A stretch of 62,914 nt of DNA, the filler included, from Stramenopiles sp. TOSAG23-3 (taxonomy: Eukaryota): assembly GCA_900128585.1 (NCBI GenBank). It is 19 parts of 19 records of this genome, joined end to end, with 100 filler letters (N's around TTAATTAATTAA, not from the genome) between each part and the next. Parts side by side here need not be neighbours in the genome. Positions count along the whole stretch, not along the records: positions 9,981 to 13,205 come from LT644347.1; positions 13,306 to 16,529 come from LT644348.1; positions 16,630 to 19,851 come from LT644349.1; positions 19,952 to 23,172 come from LT644350.1; positions 23,273 to 26,489 come from LT644351.1; 14 more parts are not named here. One strand, written 5' to 3'. The notes below the pieces were generated by a model, which was not told where the DNA came from, made no database searches, and saw nothing but the letters and a program-made list of their open reading frames with translations. Positions 11,981 to 23,845 of this stretch are shown here, piece after piece. Numbering within the stretch: position 1 is the stretch's first letter; each line of letters starts with the position of its first letter. Made by a program: the position numbers and the translations under genes.

Positions 11981-12739
11981 TTAGGCCGTGCCGAGTTTGA
12001 TCCTGCTGGCGGCGTGTGGCGCGGCGACCTGGCTGCCACTGGTCGAAGGTGCAACTGCTCCTGCGTCGTTGCTGAGCTTTTGCTTCTTGTAATCAGCTTC
12101 CAAGGCGTCAACCGACCTCGGGGGCGGGGCGTTCTGGGACCGGACCCTGAACCCAAAAACCCTTGGAACGTACCCGGGGGTCGGGCGCCTCGAACTGGGG
12201 CGCAAGGCAGGGTACTGCATCAGAAGCAAGTGGGCGAACGTAGACCCAAAGTATGCGCCGTCCAAATTCTCTTCCCTATAGTTCTGCTGTTTCTGCGCGG
12301 GATAAAAAACACTATTGCAGCGAGCACAATAGACCATCACTTCGTGGTACCGAAGCTGGTCCCTTAGCCCGACCGGCAGGACGGGCTGTCCGGCGCACTC
12401 CATAACGGGGCAGACGCCGAACTCGCCGATTCGGTACTTTCGAAGCATCCGTTCCATTCCCCTCTTTGTCAGTATGTAACGCGCGTGGATAAGGCCGTAC
12501 AGGTCCATCGCCTGCTGGTCGATACTTTCGTGGTCGATGTTATGACTGTCTGCCACGTCCAGGATGATATTCAAGCAGGCGCGAAAGTTTGGTATTATGT
12601 TTCGCAGCCCGTACAAGTTAAAGTTATCCTCAATATAATTTCGGTCAACTTCACAGAAAAATTCGTGTCCCTCCTGCAGAAGAAACCACTCTATCCACGA
12701 CTCTACGTCAGACGAGTCGTCCGTAGAAGAACTGGACAT
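11981..12739 (-). CDS. CSNK2B: Casein kinase II regulatory subunit beta
   Basis: SWIEWF, EFFCEVD, FNLYGL, LYGLIHARYILT, Zn finger CPVMEC..YCARC, DGAYFG, YVPRVFGF. Confidence 0.96.
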   Translation of the reverse strand: MSSSSTDDSSDVESWIEWFLLQEGHEFFCEVDRNYIEDNFNLYGLRNIIPNFRACLNIILDVADSHNIDHESIDQQAMDLYGLIHARYILTKRGMERMLRKYRIGEFGVCPVMECAGQPVLPVGLRDQLRYHEVMVYCARCNSVFYPAQKQQNYREENLDGAYFGSTFAHLLLMQYPALRPSSRRPTPGYVPRVFGFRVRSQNAPPPRSVDALEADYKKQKLSNDAGAVAPSTSGSQVAAPHAASRIKLGTA

Positions 12740-13140
12740 GTTACGGAACGCCAGGATTGCAAGCTATACAAGAACAAAGGAAGGGTGGGGCCTGGGGCTT
12801 GCAAAGAAACCTTGGAAACGAGACAGCGCCAAAATGCCGTTGAACACCTCGTATGTGCGGGTGCGTGGGTGTACGAGAAAAGGCACGTCGTATCACTAGA
12901 AAGAACCGAAACGAAGGGTCTTAGCTATTTCAAAACGTAAATCGTATACCTTCTCCTTACTTTTGCACAACCTTTTCGTGTTGTTTACTTTGTGTTCACT
13001 TCTTTTCATTTTGTATTAATCATTATTAATAAAATTGGCATACTACACGTATTTTTTATTATTATTAATTATAATAATAATAATTTTATTAATAATTAAT
13101 TCCGCCGCCACCACCATGATGATAAAAGAATAGGTCCTTC

Positions 13141-13142
<2 letters not shown>

Positions 13143-13204
<62 letters not shown>

Positions 13205-13205
13205 T
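13143..13205. repeat. (TTTC)n microsatellite at contig end
   Basis: Direct reading. Confidence 0.97.
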
Positions 13206-13305
13206 NNNNNNNNNNNNNNNNNNNNNNNNNNNNNNNNNNNNNNNNNNNNTTAATTAATTAANNNNNNNNNNNNNNNNNNNNNNNNNNNNNNNNNNNNNNN
13301 NNNNN

Positions 13306-13813
13306 TGCTGCGATGCGGTGCGCAGGCACGGGAGGGCATCACCACTATTTTCATGCCGGCTGCCTTCAAGGCTGGATACGGTCCCAAAGGGGAAGGGCGC
13401 AGACGGCGACCTGCCCAATATGCAGAGGCCGGCTGCAGTTCAACCGGTCCCGCCTTCAAGCCTTCCTTTCAAACGAAAGTGAATCGACAACCCTCAGCAA
13501 CGATGAACGGACATTCTTACAGTCCATCTCGGATGGACTCACTGGCAGCAACAATTGGGAAGACATGACCGCCTTGGAAAGGGTCGGGTATACAGGGGGA
13601 ATATTAGCCGCCGCTGCTGGGGGGTTTATGGTAAGTTACTCGGACAACGTTCAGACGAACCCATACTTTATGGCAGATGCGTGGAATATGCTTCCTGCGG
13701 ATCATAGAATCGCCGCAACGGTGGGGTGGTTTGGCGGCATCGTTGCCCGCATCGTTGCTGCGAACAACCAAAGCAAAAAAAGAGGAGGAGGGAGAAATGA
13801 CGATTCCGATTGA
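13306..13813 (+). CDS. RING-H2-type zinc finger protein with C-terminal hydrophobic segments (5' truncated)
   Basis: C..HHHYFHAGCLQGW..CPICR followed by two Gly/Ala-rich hydrophobic stretches. Confidence 0.75.
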
Positions 13814-14228
13814 CCAAAACAAACATGAACATGTTTACATAATGTACAGAAAAGGCTCTAATTAAGGCACATAATCCTTAGATCTTTCATTTTCATAGCT
13901 TCATTATAATTATATATAATAATTCTAGATTTAAAATAATATTCTTGAACCGAAATCCAATTAACTATGTACATGACAACAATTCCTTTTTTTAAAACTA
14001 ATTTTCGAGAAGAAGAAGAAGAAGAGATAGAAAACGAAGAAGCTTTTTTTTTCTCTAATGTGATTTAAGTGAACTAAATATATAAAATACAAAAAGTCAT
14101 AAATGGACAAACGATTTGTTTTTTAAATTGAATTCATTTTCTCAGAAAGCAGAGTATACATCGCTTATGCCGTGGGTGGTATTGGTGAGTAGGCGGTATT
14201 AAACTTCGCACGAAGAAGAACATAAAAT

Positions 14229-16529
14229 ATGGGTAATTGTACGGGGGGCGAACGGAAAATTGCTGCAAAGATCGCAAAGCAATTGCAATTTCCAGAGCGC
14301 GTTGGTGCCATTGATCATGGTATTTCTTTGGAGGACATAGAACGGGCAATCATTGTCTTTCAAAACAATGCAAAGGAACAAGGAGAGGCGAGGGCGTTCA
14401 CGGACCTCGTAGTGGAGCATGCAATCAACGGGTCTGCGGGGGCGAATGAATCCCTCGCGCCAGCGCTCTTTTCCGTTGCGCTGTGCTCTGATTCTGAGGG
14501 GACTGTCGTTACGATTCATCAAATTGTACAGGCCTTGAAGGCCACCGATCTCTTCCAAACGGCTCCATCAGGGAAAGGAGGGAACTCTCCTGCGGGACTA
14601 GGGTCCAACCCAAGCAGCAAGCAAACCTCACCGGCGCTAGAGAACGCCGTTTGCTCGTGTGTGTGGGCCTTTGGGCAGCTGCAAAGTGTTGAACAAATAT
14701 TAGACACCCAAGTGCCAGGGCTGCTCAACAAACTAGAAATGTTGGAGAGGAAAGGCACGCGCGCCACGGAGGGCACGTTGATCAACGCAAACGAAAAGTT
14801 TCGGAACACCCTGCTTCATTGCATTTCGCCGAAACGGTTCGTTACTGGGCTGATATTGACTTGCAAAAGCACTGATTTCTCGTACAAGTTCAGATTGTTG
14901 CAAAGTGTGTGCGGGGAACGCTTGGTCGCAGAAAGACCAAAGCTTTTTTCCAGCTGGGTCTCGTTCGCAAAAGCGTTCGAACAGGCGTACGAAGTGGCCT
15001 TTGCCTTCACTGCTGCATTTAATATAGAATACAACTGGCGGGAAAACGAATCTCCGAAGAAAAAAGAAGCCATCGATGGGTTCCGCGACCATGGGGGGGT
15101 AATGGGACTGTACGTGAACCATGTCATGGGCGAGGCCACGTACCTCCAGTACCCAGACGAGTTGAAAACGACCAGGGGGCAAGTGATATCGCCCGGGGAA
15201 GTGTACAGATTTTGCAAGGCGTCCTTGGAGTACCGACGGGTGATCCAAGTGTTGCGGGGAGTGCCGGTAAATCTAGAGGTCGGCACTATCGATTTGTACG
15301 AGCGGGAAGGGTTGGCGTCCGTGGATTCGAAGAGCGGGGTCACCCAGAAGGAACGGTACGATTGTTTCGAAAACGACCGGAAACAGGTGTTTCTCCGCAG
15401 CGCGAACCAAGTGAAAGGGTATTTTAGCTGCAAATTAGAGGTCGAAAGCATAGAGCCCCACGAGGCGTGGGAGGATATCTTTCACTCGTACATGCAATCG
15501 TGCGAGACGCTTTACGCTGGAAAGCCCGAATCGCTGTGCAGAATTTTGGAAGAATTGAATTTCATCGTCTTGTACACGTACATTTCGTTGGAGTGTGCAG
15601 CAGAATTTCTATGCGAGAAATTTGATTGCATGCACTTGTCCGACACGCCCACCGACATTTGGAAAGCGCTGTACGAAGAAAACATACCCGAGATTCACAG
15701 GGCAATACAGCACGGGGCACACGTCAGTGCAAAGAACCTTATCTACGACAAAAGTTTGCTAAAGGTGGCCTGCACATTGTCAGAAAACGTGTTCTACACG
15801 CTGCTAAGCTTTCGACACAACGATTGCATGGTGTGGGAAGACGAGTTGATGTCTGTTGCCGCCACCGCGGGAAACACCAAAGTTATGGAAATGCTATCGA
15901 TTCTGTACCACGACGATGGGAAGAGCAAGATCTACAACTTGGGCTACGGGGTTGGCCGGCCCGCCGTCGGTAGGTGGGCTACGCCCACCCCATTCCACCG
16001 AGTTTGCAGCATGGTGTCGACCAACGTGCTTTCGGTGCTCAAGACTATGTTTGAGTTTGAGGGCCAGCTGCTAGATTATAGAACCATTGTCACTGCACCA
16101 GGAAGCTCCCAGGCGTGCGCAAACGAAAGTCGAGTGGAGTGTTTTTTTCGTGTCCTCATTGCGGTGGACAACCAGAACAAGACGGGCCTGGATTACGCAC
16201 TTTTGAATGGAAAAATGGGGTCCGAAATCGTTGGCTACCTTCTTGAACTGATGCGGCGCGTCCAGCTCGAGGAAGAAGACAAACCCTTGTACGTTCATTC
16301 CACCTGCGCGTACGCGTTTGTGGAGGCTTCCAAACTGCTTCCGGAAGATACCAGCAACATTTTAGCAGAAACCCCATGGGTGTCGCGCGCACAAGTAGAC
16401 TCCACGTTAACACGCTACATCAACGATTGTCGAACACATGCCACGGGCCGTGAGGTGTACGGCTCCGTTGACCCTGCAACCATCCTTCGGAGCATGTCCG
16501 ACAGCGAAATGAACCAGAAGAAAAGCTCG
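14229..16529 (+). CDS. Large protein with C-terminal ankyrin-like repeats and MGNC acylation-type start (3' truncated)
   Basis: Open frame of more than 760 codons; IWKALYEENIPEIHRAIQHGAHV, TPFHRVC, DNQNKTGLDYALLNG. Confidence 0.7.
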
Positions 16530-16629
16530 NNNNNNNNNNNNNNNNNNNNNNNNNNNNNNNNNNNNNNNNNNNNTTAATTAATTAANNNNNNNNNNNNNNN
16601 NNNNNNNNNNNNNNNNNNNNNNNNNNNNN

Positions 16630-17520
16630 CCCAGGCGTCATTTTCATCCACACGACAACGTCCATGTATATCGGTTGCTTCGACCGGACGGCTTCTTGCA
16701 CCTGGCGGTAGAACTCGCCTCTATTCCTTCTGATGGTAACCTGGTCCCAGAGCTTGGGAATCCCGGTCCCGCCACCCCTGCTTCTTTGGACTACGTGAAT
16801 GCCCCTGGTAAACCCGTCGGTGCTCGACCTGAACTCTTCGTAATTGCGCAGAATGTGATCGGTAAACGCCCGCAGCCCGTCGGACTGCTTGCGGCACGTT
16901 ACCACCAGCTCGTGGCTAAGCCGGAGGTCTGTTATGTACGGCAAAACGCTCCCAAAGAATACGCTTGGCCCAATCAGGGCCGTCACGACCTCGACCTGGC
17001 CAGACGTTGACTGCGGGTCGCCTTCGCTGTAGTTCAGGTACAACCCTTTCAGCTTGGCAATGGTGTCGAAGAGGTGGCCGACCGCGTCGACGCTGATGTC
17101 TTGCAGCACCACTTTCGAGCCGTACACATTGAAGTAGTCCTTAATTTGCGTCACGTAACCCTTGTCCACCGTCGTTGGCATACAGGTGTTTTTGATCAGT
17201 ATCGTCCGCTTGACGTCGATTTGCATCTCTAGCTCCTTCCGACGAAGCCTGGGGATCAGGTAACGGTAGGGGTTGGAGGGGAAGAATTTTTCCGCTATCA
17301 AGTCTCCCACGGCACGCTTTATCACCTTTTCTAGCAGCGTCGCCGTCAAATACTTTTCTAACTCTAAGTTCCTCCGTTTGACGTGCTGTTCGGATTCATG
17401 GATAGCCAACGAGGAGACCTCTATGCCCGCTTTCGCTTTTCTCCGGTTGTTCGTTTTAGCCTTCCGGGGCGCCTTCTTTCTAATTTTACGCCCCGGGCGT
17501 TCTTTCCCCGGTTCAAACAT
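16630..17520 (-). CDS. Hypothetical protein with a possible Dpy-30/RIIa-type dimerisation-docking motif (3' truncated)
   Basis: Long ORF with coding-like composition; LEKYLTATLLEKVIKRAVGDLIAEKFFPSNPYRYL resembles D/D domains. Confidence 0.55.
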
Positions 17521-18515
17521 GGACTTGGTGACGAAACGCACGGCTCGGACGGACGGGCGGGCACACACACACAGGGACGTACGAACAAAACAAGCGTTGA
17601 GTTATAGAAATTATGTTCTTCTGAAATAAGATAAAACCTTTTATGAAGATATGAAGGGAAAAAAGAAACTAATGAACAACTAAAAGAAATATTTAAATAT
17701 TTAATATAATTGTTGTTCACTAACTACCATTATTCAATTCAGTAAAAAAAAATACGAAAAAAAGTTTCTACTGTTTTAAATATTAATAATAATATTAATT
17801 TTCCAACAAACAATCAAAAGAAGAAGAACGAAGGAATTATTTATATAATAATAATAGCAAAGAGGTAAATTAAAAAAAGTTTTTTTGAAAAAGAAACCTA
17901 CTGTAACAGTCTAAATAATACGCGTAATCTAAATTATTATATTTAACCCTAACCATATCGCTATTCATATTCATTCTCTCATTCCACTCATATTATTCTC
18001 TCATATTCTCTCACTCCTTCAAACCAAAACCTGTTGCCCTGTCTATTCTTATGTTATACTTTGGTTGAAAGAAGGAAGTGAGTAAATCCAAATGTTAATA
18101 TGAAAACGAAACAAAAGGGGGGGTGGGGTGGGGGGAAAGGGATTCTTCCAATAAAATGTAATTCACATAAGTGATGTAAATAGGAGATGATATTAATTAT
18201 ATCATATTATCTTTATGTATAGTTGCATTTGCATTGATGATTAAGTATGTAGGTGTAGTTATTTATTAGTTTATATCAACTTACGCGTATACAGGTATGT
18301 ATCATTCGTTAAACACGTTTAAACGTAGTAGTCAAACAGCTACTAAAACACGCACGTTTTGGGTGCAGGTTATGGTAAAGGGAGGAAGGAAAGAGTAGTT
18401 GCAGAAGTCTTACGCGTTCCTTTCCCTTCCATTCTTCTTTTTTCTTTTGCAACCATAACATTAGAACGAACGTGTGCATTTGGACCTTCTTTCTTCTCGT
18501 ACTGGTGAGAACAAC

Positions 18516-19415
18516 ATGATTCGTCAAGCAGTTACAGTTGGCATAGCCTGCTTCCTGGCAGCGGGGGTGAGCGCAGGGCACATTCGCAAGCCGTACCACA
18601 CGCCGTACACGCCCGGGGTGATTCCGCGTTACTACCCAGAGAACTTGGTGCAACTGTTGAACAGCACGCACGACAAGGATTTGAAAGTGATCCGGGATAG
18701 CCGAAAGGAAGCGTTCGAAAACTTGGGCGAGATGTTGGACAGTCAAACGAACGACACTGAAAAACTGTTCGCCCGCGCCACGGAACGCTTTGAGAGAACT
18801 AAAGATAAAGTTGATAAATCGTTCGAAGGCTTCCAAGAAAAAGCGGCCTACCAGTCCAAAATACTAGCCAAACGAGCTGCCTACGCCAATTTGAAGATGA
18901 AAAAGACGTTCAACGAAATCCGTTCCATGTCCTCCAGTTTCCAAAAGGCAGCCGTCCCAGAAGCTCCCAAACCGGTGCTTACGAAAGCAGCGGCAAAGAA
19001 AGAAGCGCTCTTGAAGCCCGTTGCGGAGCAGAAGGAGGCAATGTTGAGCGTATACGATAAAATTGCCGCGAAGGTCGACGACGAGCAGGATCAGGCGTTG
19101 AATCATTTAAAGACTGACATCAGCGACGGGGGCGTGGTAGGCAAGAATTTCTCGAAGGTCCGTGCCAACGAGACATTTTATAGGCTAAGGTATAAGCATT
19201 TGCTCCAAAAGGTGAGAAAGACGCTGACGAAGGTCGCGCCAATGTTCAACAGCAGTGTTGGAGAAATCAAACTCTCGCCGAAAAAGCATTCCACTGGGCC
19301 GTCTTCCCTCGAAGGCGCGGTCTCAAATTTAGAACACTCACTGGACTCTTTGAATGAAATTAAAGATAGTGCGAACGAAGCATCCAAGCGCAAAGTGAAG
19401 AAAGGAGGAAAGTGA
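18516..19415 (+). CDS. Secreted helical/coiled-coil hypothetical protein
   Basis: Signal peptide MIRQAVTVGIACFLAAGVSA followed by K/E/A-rich helical sequence. Confidence 0.75.
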   Translation: MIRQAVTVGIACFLAAGVSAGHIRKPYHTPYTPGVIPRYYPENLVQLLNSTHDKDLKVIRDSRKEAFENLGEMLDSQTNDTEKLFARATERFERTKDKVDKSFEGFQEKAAYQSKILAKRAAYANLKMKKTFNEIRSMSSSFQKAAVPEAPKPVLTKAAAKKEALLKPVAEQKEAMLSVYDKIAAKVDDEQDQALNHLKTDISDGGVVGKNFSKVRANETFYRLRYKHLLQKVRKTLTKVAPMFNSSVGEIKLSPKKHSTGPSSLEGAVSNLEHSLDSLNEIKDSANEASKRKVKKGGK

Positions 19416-19617
19416 ACATTGTTAAAATTAGTACTTTTACCTTAAATTTATCATACGTTAATCCAATAGGAATAATGTAATCCCCTAATACCTGGTACAG
19501 CTCCAAGTTACTTAAGGTAGTATATATGTACCGGTACATTATTTGATATTATTTTACTCCCGCTGGCATTTTAAAACACCAAAACACGGTGCACGCACTC
19601 GTACACAAATGGACCGT

Positions 19618-19851
19618 TCACGCCAGTGATTGAAAGTCGGCAAAAAAAACATCGAACGTGGCCCTAATTTTCCCTCGCAAGCTGGCCATCGTTTCAACAA
19701 ACTCGGCGGTGGACGCCCTTGCAGTATCTTCCTTCTTTCGAAAAGACTTGAGAATCCCATTTGTATTCACATCGCCCTCGTCTAAATCATTGCAAATGTC
19801 CGCGTACTTCAGGGTGCTCTTCAGCTTCTTCTCCTCGTCGCTCCCCTTGTT
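19618..19851 (-). CDS. 3' fragment of a hypothetical protein
   Basis: Frame open from the contig end (NKGSDEEKKLKSTLKYADIC...FADFQSLA) to TGA; GC-rich, coding-like. Confidence 0.55.
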   Translation of the reverse strand, partial: NKGSDEEKKLKSTLKYADICNDLDEGDVNTNGILKSFRKKEDTARASTAEFVETMASLRGKIRATFDVFFADFQSLA

Positions 19852-20298
19852 NNNNNNNNNNNNNNNNNNNNNNNNNNNNNNNNNNNNNNNNNNNNTTAAT
19901 TAATTAANNNNNNNNNNNNNNNNNNNNNNNNNNNNNNNNNNNNNNNNNNNNTCTGTACGATGCCATATAACTAGTGACAGCATGGAATTAAATTTAAAAA
20001 ATAAAAGATTTTTTTCTTTTGTTGTGTATTGTTTTTAATTGGTTCGGTAGATTTACAGTAGTATTTAAATTAATACATTTGACAACATGGCTGGCTCCAT
20101 CCATCAGAATCAAGATCTTCTGTTGTTTTTTTTTCTCTTTTTTTTTGTGTGCTGTGGTGTGTCAGTTGTTTGTTGACGCGATCTTGTTGTACATCTTTTT
20201 TTTATTATTAAACCGAAATTAATAGTCACAGACAGGAAGAAATTGCTTTTTGCACCGAAAAATTTTAGAAATTAAAAAGCAAATAAGAATTGTAACAT

Positions 20299-21318
20299 TT
20301 AGTTACATGAGTCTCTGTACCAATTCCGACAGAAGCTAACTTCAATCATGTTTCTAGCTGTCCCCATTTGATTCAACCCAGCACGATGTATGGTGCGATA
20401 ATCATACAGAATAAATGAACCCGCGCTGACATTCAATGTTAAATGCGACATTGGTGGATGAATGCTTAGGCCAGAGTACTTTGGGTCTGTCAGATTCGTC
20501 TCGTTATCGTCTTGAAGTGTTCGCCATTCTGCATCCTCGTCCTCATCATCCGTGGTGAACAAAAATAGGTCATCTTTTGTGCGCAAATCTGGCATTAAGT
20601 GTGACCCAGTCAAAAACTCTGTGCACCCGCTCATGGTGTCACAATGAACAAGGGGAACAAAGACAACTATACAAGATGGCGGCAATTGAACAGGAATGTC
20701 CCTGAACAAAGCTTGGCCACAGTCTGCATGCCAACGCTGATGACGAGGTGATTCGGTGCGATGAAATGCACCTACCATTTCTGTTCTAAAAGAATTTTCA
20801 AGAAAAAGGTCCAAAATGGGCAGAATTTTCTTAATTTGTGAGCTCAGCTGTTCGCTTTTTGAACCAGGGAGCCCATCTTCTTCTAAGCCCAGCACTTCTT
20901 CTAAGTCCATTTCTACTAAACCGATCGAATTTTCCTGGCAAAAATCGTGTTCGTCGCATTGATTCGCGACATCGTTGACTAGATCGTCTAACCCAGTTAT
21001 GTGCTTCGGGCGGTTCCAAAAACTATCTATTGCGAGTACTCCACACTCTGCAAAGATACGAGCAGCGTGCGAAAAAGAAGTGGTCAGATTCCCGTCAGCA
21101 TATTCTGCTCGAGTCGGGGTAATCACTGCTTCCTTCATACAATCTATGGACGGACGAAGGCCTTGGTATGTATTTTTCACCGGCACCTCCACGTTCTCCC
21201 TACAACTTTCTCCGCCACCCTCCTCTTCTGAAGTACCCTCTCCAAATTTTCCCGAATGCCCGAGCAGAACGAGAACAAGAACAATGAACCTCAACAGAGA
21301 TCTAACAAAGCCAAACAT
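20299..21318 (-). CDS. Phytanoyl-CoA dioxygenase (PhyH)-family Fe(II)/2OG dioxygenase with signal peptide
   Basis: QRWHAD (HxD), VFVPL, GCTEFLTGSH, GSFILYDYRTIHRAGLN; hydrophobic N-terminus. Confidence 0.85.
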   Translation of the reverse strand: MFGFVRSLLRFIVLVLVLLGHSGKFGEGTSEEEGGGESCRENVEVPVKNTYQGLRPSIDCMKEAVITPTRAEYADGNLTTSFSHAARIFAECGVLAIDSFWNRPKHITGLDDLVNDVANQCDEHDFCQENSIGLVEMDLEEVLGLEEDGLPGSKSEQLSSQIKKILPILDLFLENSFRTEMVGAFHRTESPRHQRWHADCGQALFRDIPVQLPPSCIVVFVPLVHCDTMSGCTEFLTGSHLMPDLRTKDDLFLFTTDDEDEDAEWRTLQDDNETNLTDPKYSGLSIHPPMSHLTLNVSAGSFILYDYRTIHRAGLNQMGTARNMIEVSFCRNWYRDSCN

Positions 21319-22088
21319 GTTCCCGCCTTACGTCTCTTGTTTTACGTCCCTGTTGGTATACGCAAGAACAACCGCGAACTACAAAACACCGAAGCCTACA
21401 CAACACACAAGTCCGCAACATTAACCCATGGTGTGAATGAAGTGAACACAATTGGAGACGACATAAAAATGCAATGTTAGTCCTCGTCTATAAAGATAAT
21501 ACACTACTCGTCCCAATGCTCCAATTTCAAATTATTACCTCCTCCTGGTTTTGTTGCGCTAGTATTGAAAGAAATTGAGAATTGAGACGTCGTAATAATT
21601 TATTAATCAATTTCTACTCCTCCGGTACATACCAGATGGTACCGGTACCGGTACAGGTATAATATTAATACCAGCTACCGGGATACGGTACCGGGATACC
21701 GGAATTCGCGTCGTCATCTTGGTATACCAAGTAATAGCTTATATTTACAAGGATACAGTATTTAGATATAAAAAATAGAACACACTTCTTCTTCTTCCCC
21801 ACCACACCACCACTCCTCTGCTGTAGGTATAAGTAAAATACGACGTTGTTTTATTTTTTATTAATTATTATTATTATTCCGAATGACTACCAATGGTATG
21901 AAGTACAATGCTTGTAAACGGAGACGACTAATTTCCAATATTTTTAAAACAATTGTAAACATTATTCTACCCTTTTTTGATTGAGTGTAACACCTTTTGT
22001 TAAAACGAAAGAATAAGAAAAAATCCTATTTTCGGCGCCGGTGTGCCTGGATCAATTGAAAAAAGTACTGCCTCGAAATTGCTGTTTC

Positions 22089-23141
22089 ATGCCCACGGAA
22101 AACCAGGCGGAAAACGGCGCCGCCGCAAAGGGGGGCACGTTCGACGCTATTAAGTCCAAGAGAGAGGAAGGCGAAACTGTCGGCGCGGTGAAGCACAACT
22201 GTGTTGACAGGTTTGTTATTACCAGGTGCAACTCACCTCCGCCTTGTTTGGTGAAAATTGATGCGTGTTGGACATTTTGTGAACTCAGCAGTTGCTGCGT
22301 TAACATTGGCAACTGTGGCTGTCGCTTCGGGGAGAAGCATAGAAAGGCAATAATGTACTTTGCAAGCTTCCTTTCGTTCATCAGCTTGTTCATCGGTGCA
22401 ATCGCTATCGTCGGCTCTGGTACAGCGACGGCCGAAGTTGTCGAATTTCCTTGGTCCTATGGCAACGTAAAAGTGAAATATCTGATGGACAACACGACGT
22501 TCATGGCGTTAAAGAAGAGGCACGGCATTGAATTTGAAGACGAGGAGATGAAGGTGTACGTAGGACTAAATGCCGTTGTTGTGGACGGAAGAGAGTTGCT
22601 GACTGAGAAAGTGAAAATTGCCTTGGATTCTTTCAATCCAAAAAATCTATCGCAGTCTGAAAGTGTGCGGTACAACCACCTTTCTGAGGAAGGGTTATCC
22701 GAGCTCTTCAAAATTCGCTCGGTGCATTGGGAAGACCAAAGGTGCAACCTGAGGTTTTCCAGCGAGCTGTGCAAGAACTGTGCTGCCGTCGCGATGAGTT
22801 CGACTACTTTTGCGATCTTGGCACTTATTACAACTATACCGCAGCTTCAAACGGACCTGCTACGTGCGCATGCCTGCAACGATGTTCGTTGCCAGAAAGC
22901 ATTTGGAATATTTACAGGGCTCTGGGGCCTATTCTCCAACATGATGTCCTTACAACAGTTTCATTTGGCATGCAAAGTAGACCTTGATAGGCAGTCAGGG
23001 GCTACGTGGAACGCTGGCATTGGCTTGCAATGCATCACGATTGCTACGTTTCTGAAAGTCTTTGATGTCTTATGCCACGCTGTTGTCCCAGTGCCAAAAA
23101 ACGTCGAGGATATGGCACACTATTACTTGGGAAGACCGTGA
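22089..23141 (+). CDS. Four-transmembrane protein, amastin/claudin-like topology
   Basis: One TM, a large loop with PW and CKNC motifs, then three TM segments; Cys-rich N-terminus. Confidence 0.6.
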   Translation: MPTENQAENGAAAKGGTFDAIKSKREEGETVGAVKHNCVDRFVITRCNSPPPCLVKIDACWTFCELSSCCVNIGNCGCRFGEKHRKAIMYFASFLSFISLFIGAIAIVGSGTATAEVVEFPWSYGNVKVKYLMDNTTFMALKKRHGIEFEDEEMKVYVGLNAVVVDGRELLTEKVKIALDSFNPKNLSQSESVRYNHLSEEGLSELFKIRSVHWEDQRCNLRFSSELCKNCAAVAMSSTTFAILALITTIPQLQTDLLRAHACNDVRCQKAFGIFTGLWGLFSNMMSLQQFHLACKVDLDRQSGATWNAGIGLQCITIATFLKVFDVLCHAVVPVPKNVEDMAHYYLGRP

Positions 23142-23845
23142 ACAACGACACGGCTAAAAAAATAGATAATAANNNNNNNNNNNNNNNNNNNNNNNNNNNN
23201 NNNNNNNNNNNNNNNNTTAATTAATTAANNNNNNNNNNNNNNNNNNNNNNNNNNNNNNNNNNNNNNNNNNNNAACGATGAATTGTGAAGATAAAAAAAAG
23301 AACGATCTATGCAATTCAAACACACTGTTTGGGCAAAAACCGTTACTTTCAGAAGGTACGGTATTCAATCTTTTGCAAAACATAGACGAGATAATTCCCC
23401 AATTCCTTTTCAGTTACCTTCAACAAGATAAGTTCCAACTAATTGGGCAAGCAGGCATGCATAGGGCGTCTCTTTTTTTTTAAATCTTAAAAGTGCGGAG
23501 AAAATGGCGAATATCTCCATTTTAGTGGCCAAAATACGAACCAATAATGAACTAGAATGGAACGAAATGTATGCTTGCCCAAAAATTTGGGCATTGTAAT
23601 TTCTAGTTCACTGCAAAAAAATGGGAGGAAACCGCCCAGGCGTTTTGAAGAAACATTACTTTTGCTATTTATGAAATTAACGGTTTTGGTTGAAGCATGC
23701 AAAGCTGTAAAGAAACGTTTGAATTAGAGCGCTTGAATCCTGTTGAAGGGAAACGGCGAAGTCTCTTGAACGGCAAAGGGCCTGGAGGAAGGCAACGGTG
23801 ATGGGGAAAATTTAGAGAAACAGTTTTTAAAATATTTAAATCAGA

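Noticed and set aside
17944..17954. Telomere-like TAACCCTAACC (also near 54808)
   Set aside because: Fewer than two full units; expected by chance.
23277..23483. Second accessory ORF of the transposon
   Set aside because: Only 68 codons, at the contig edge, with no recognisable motif.
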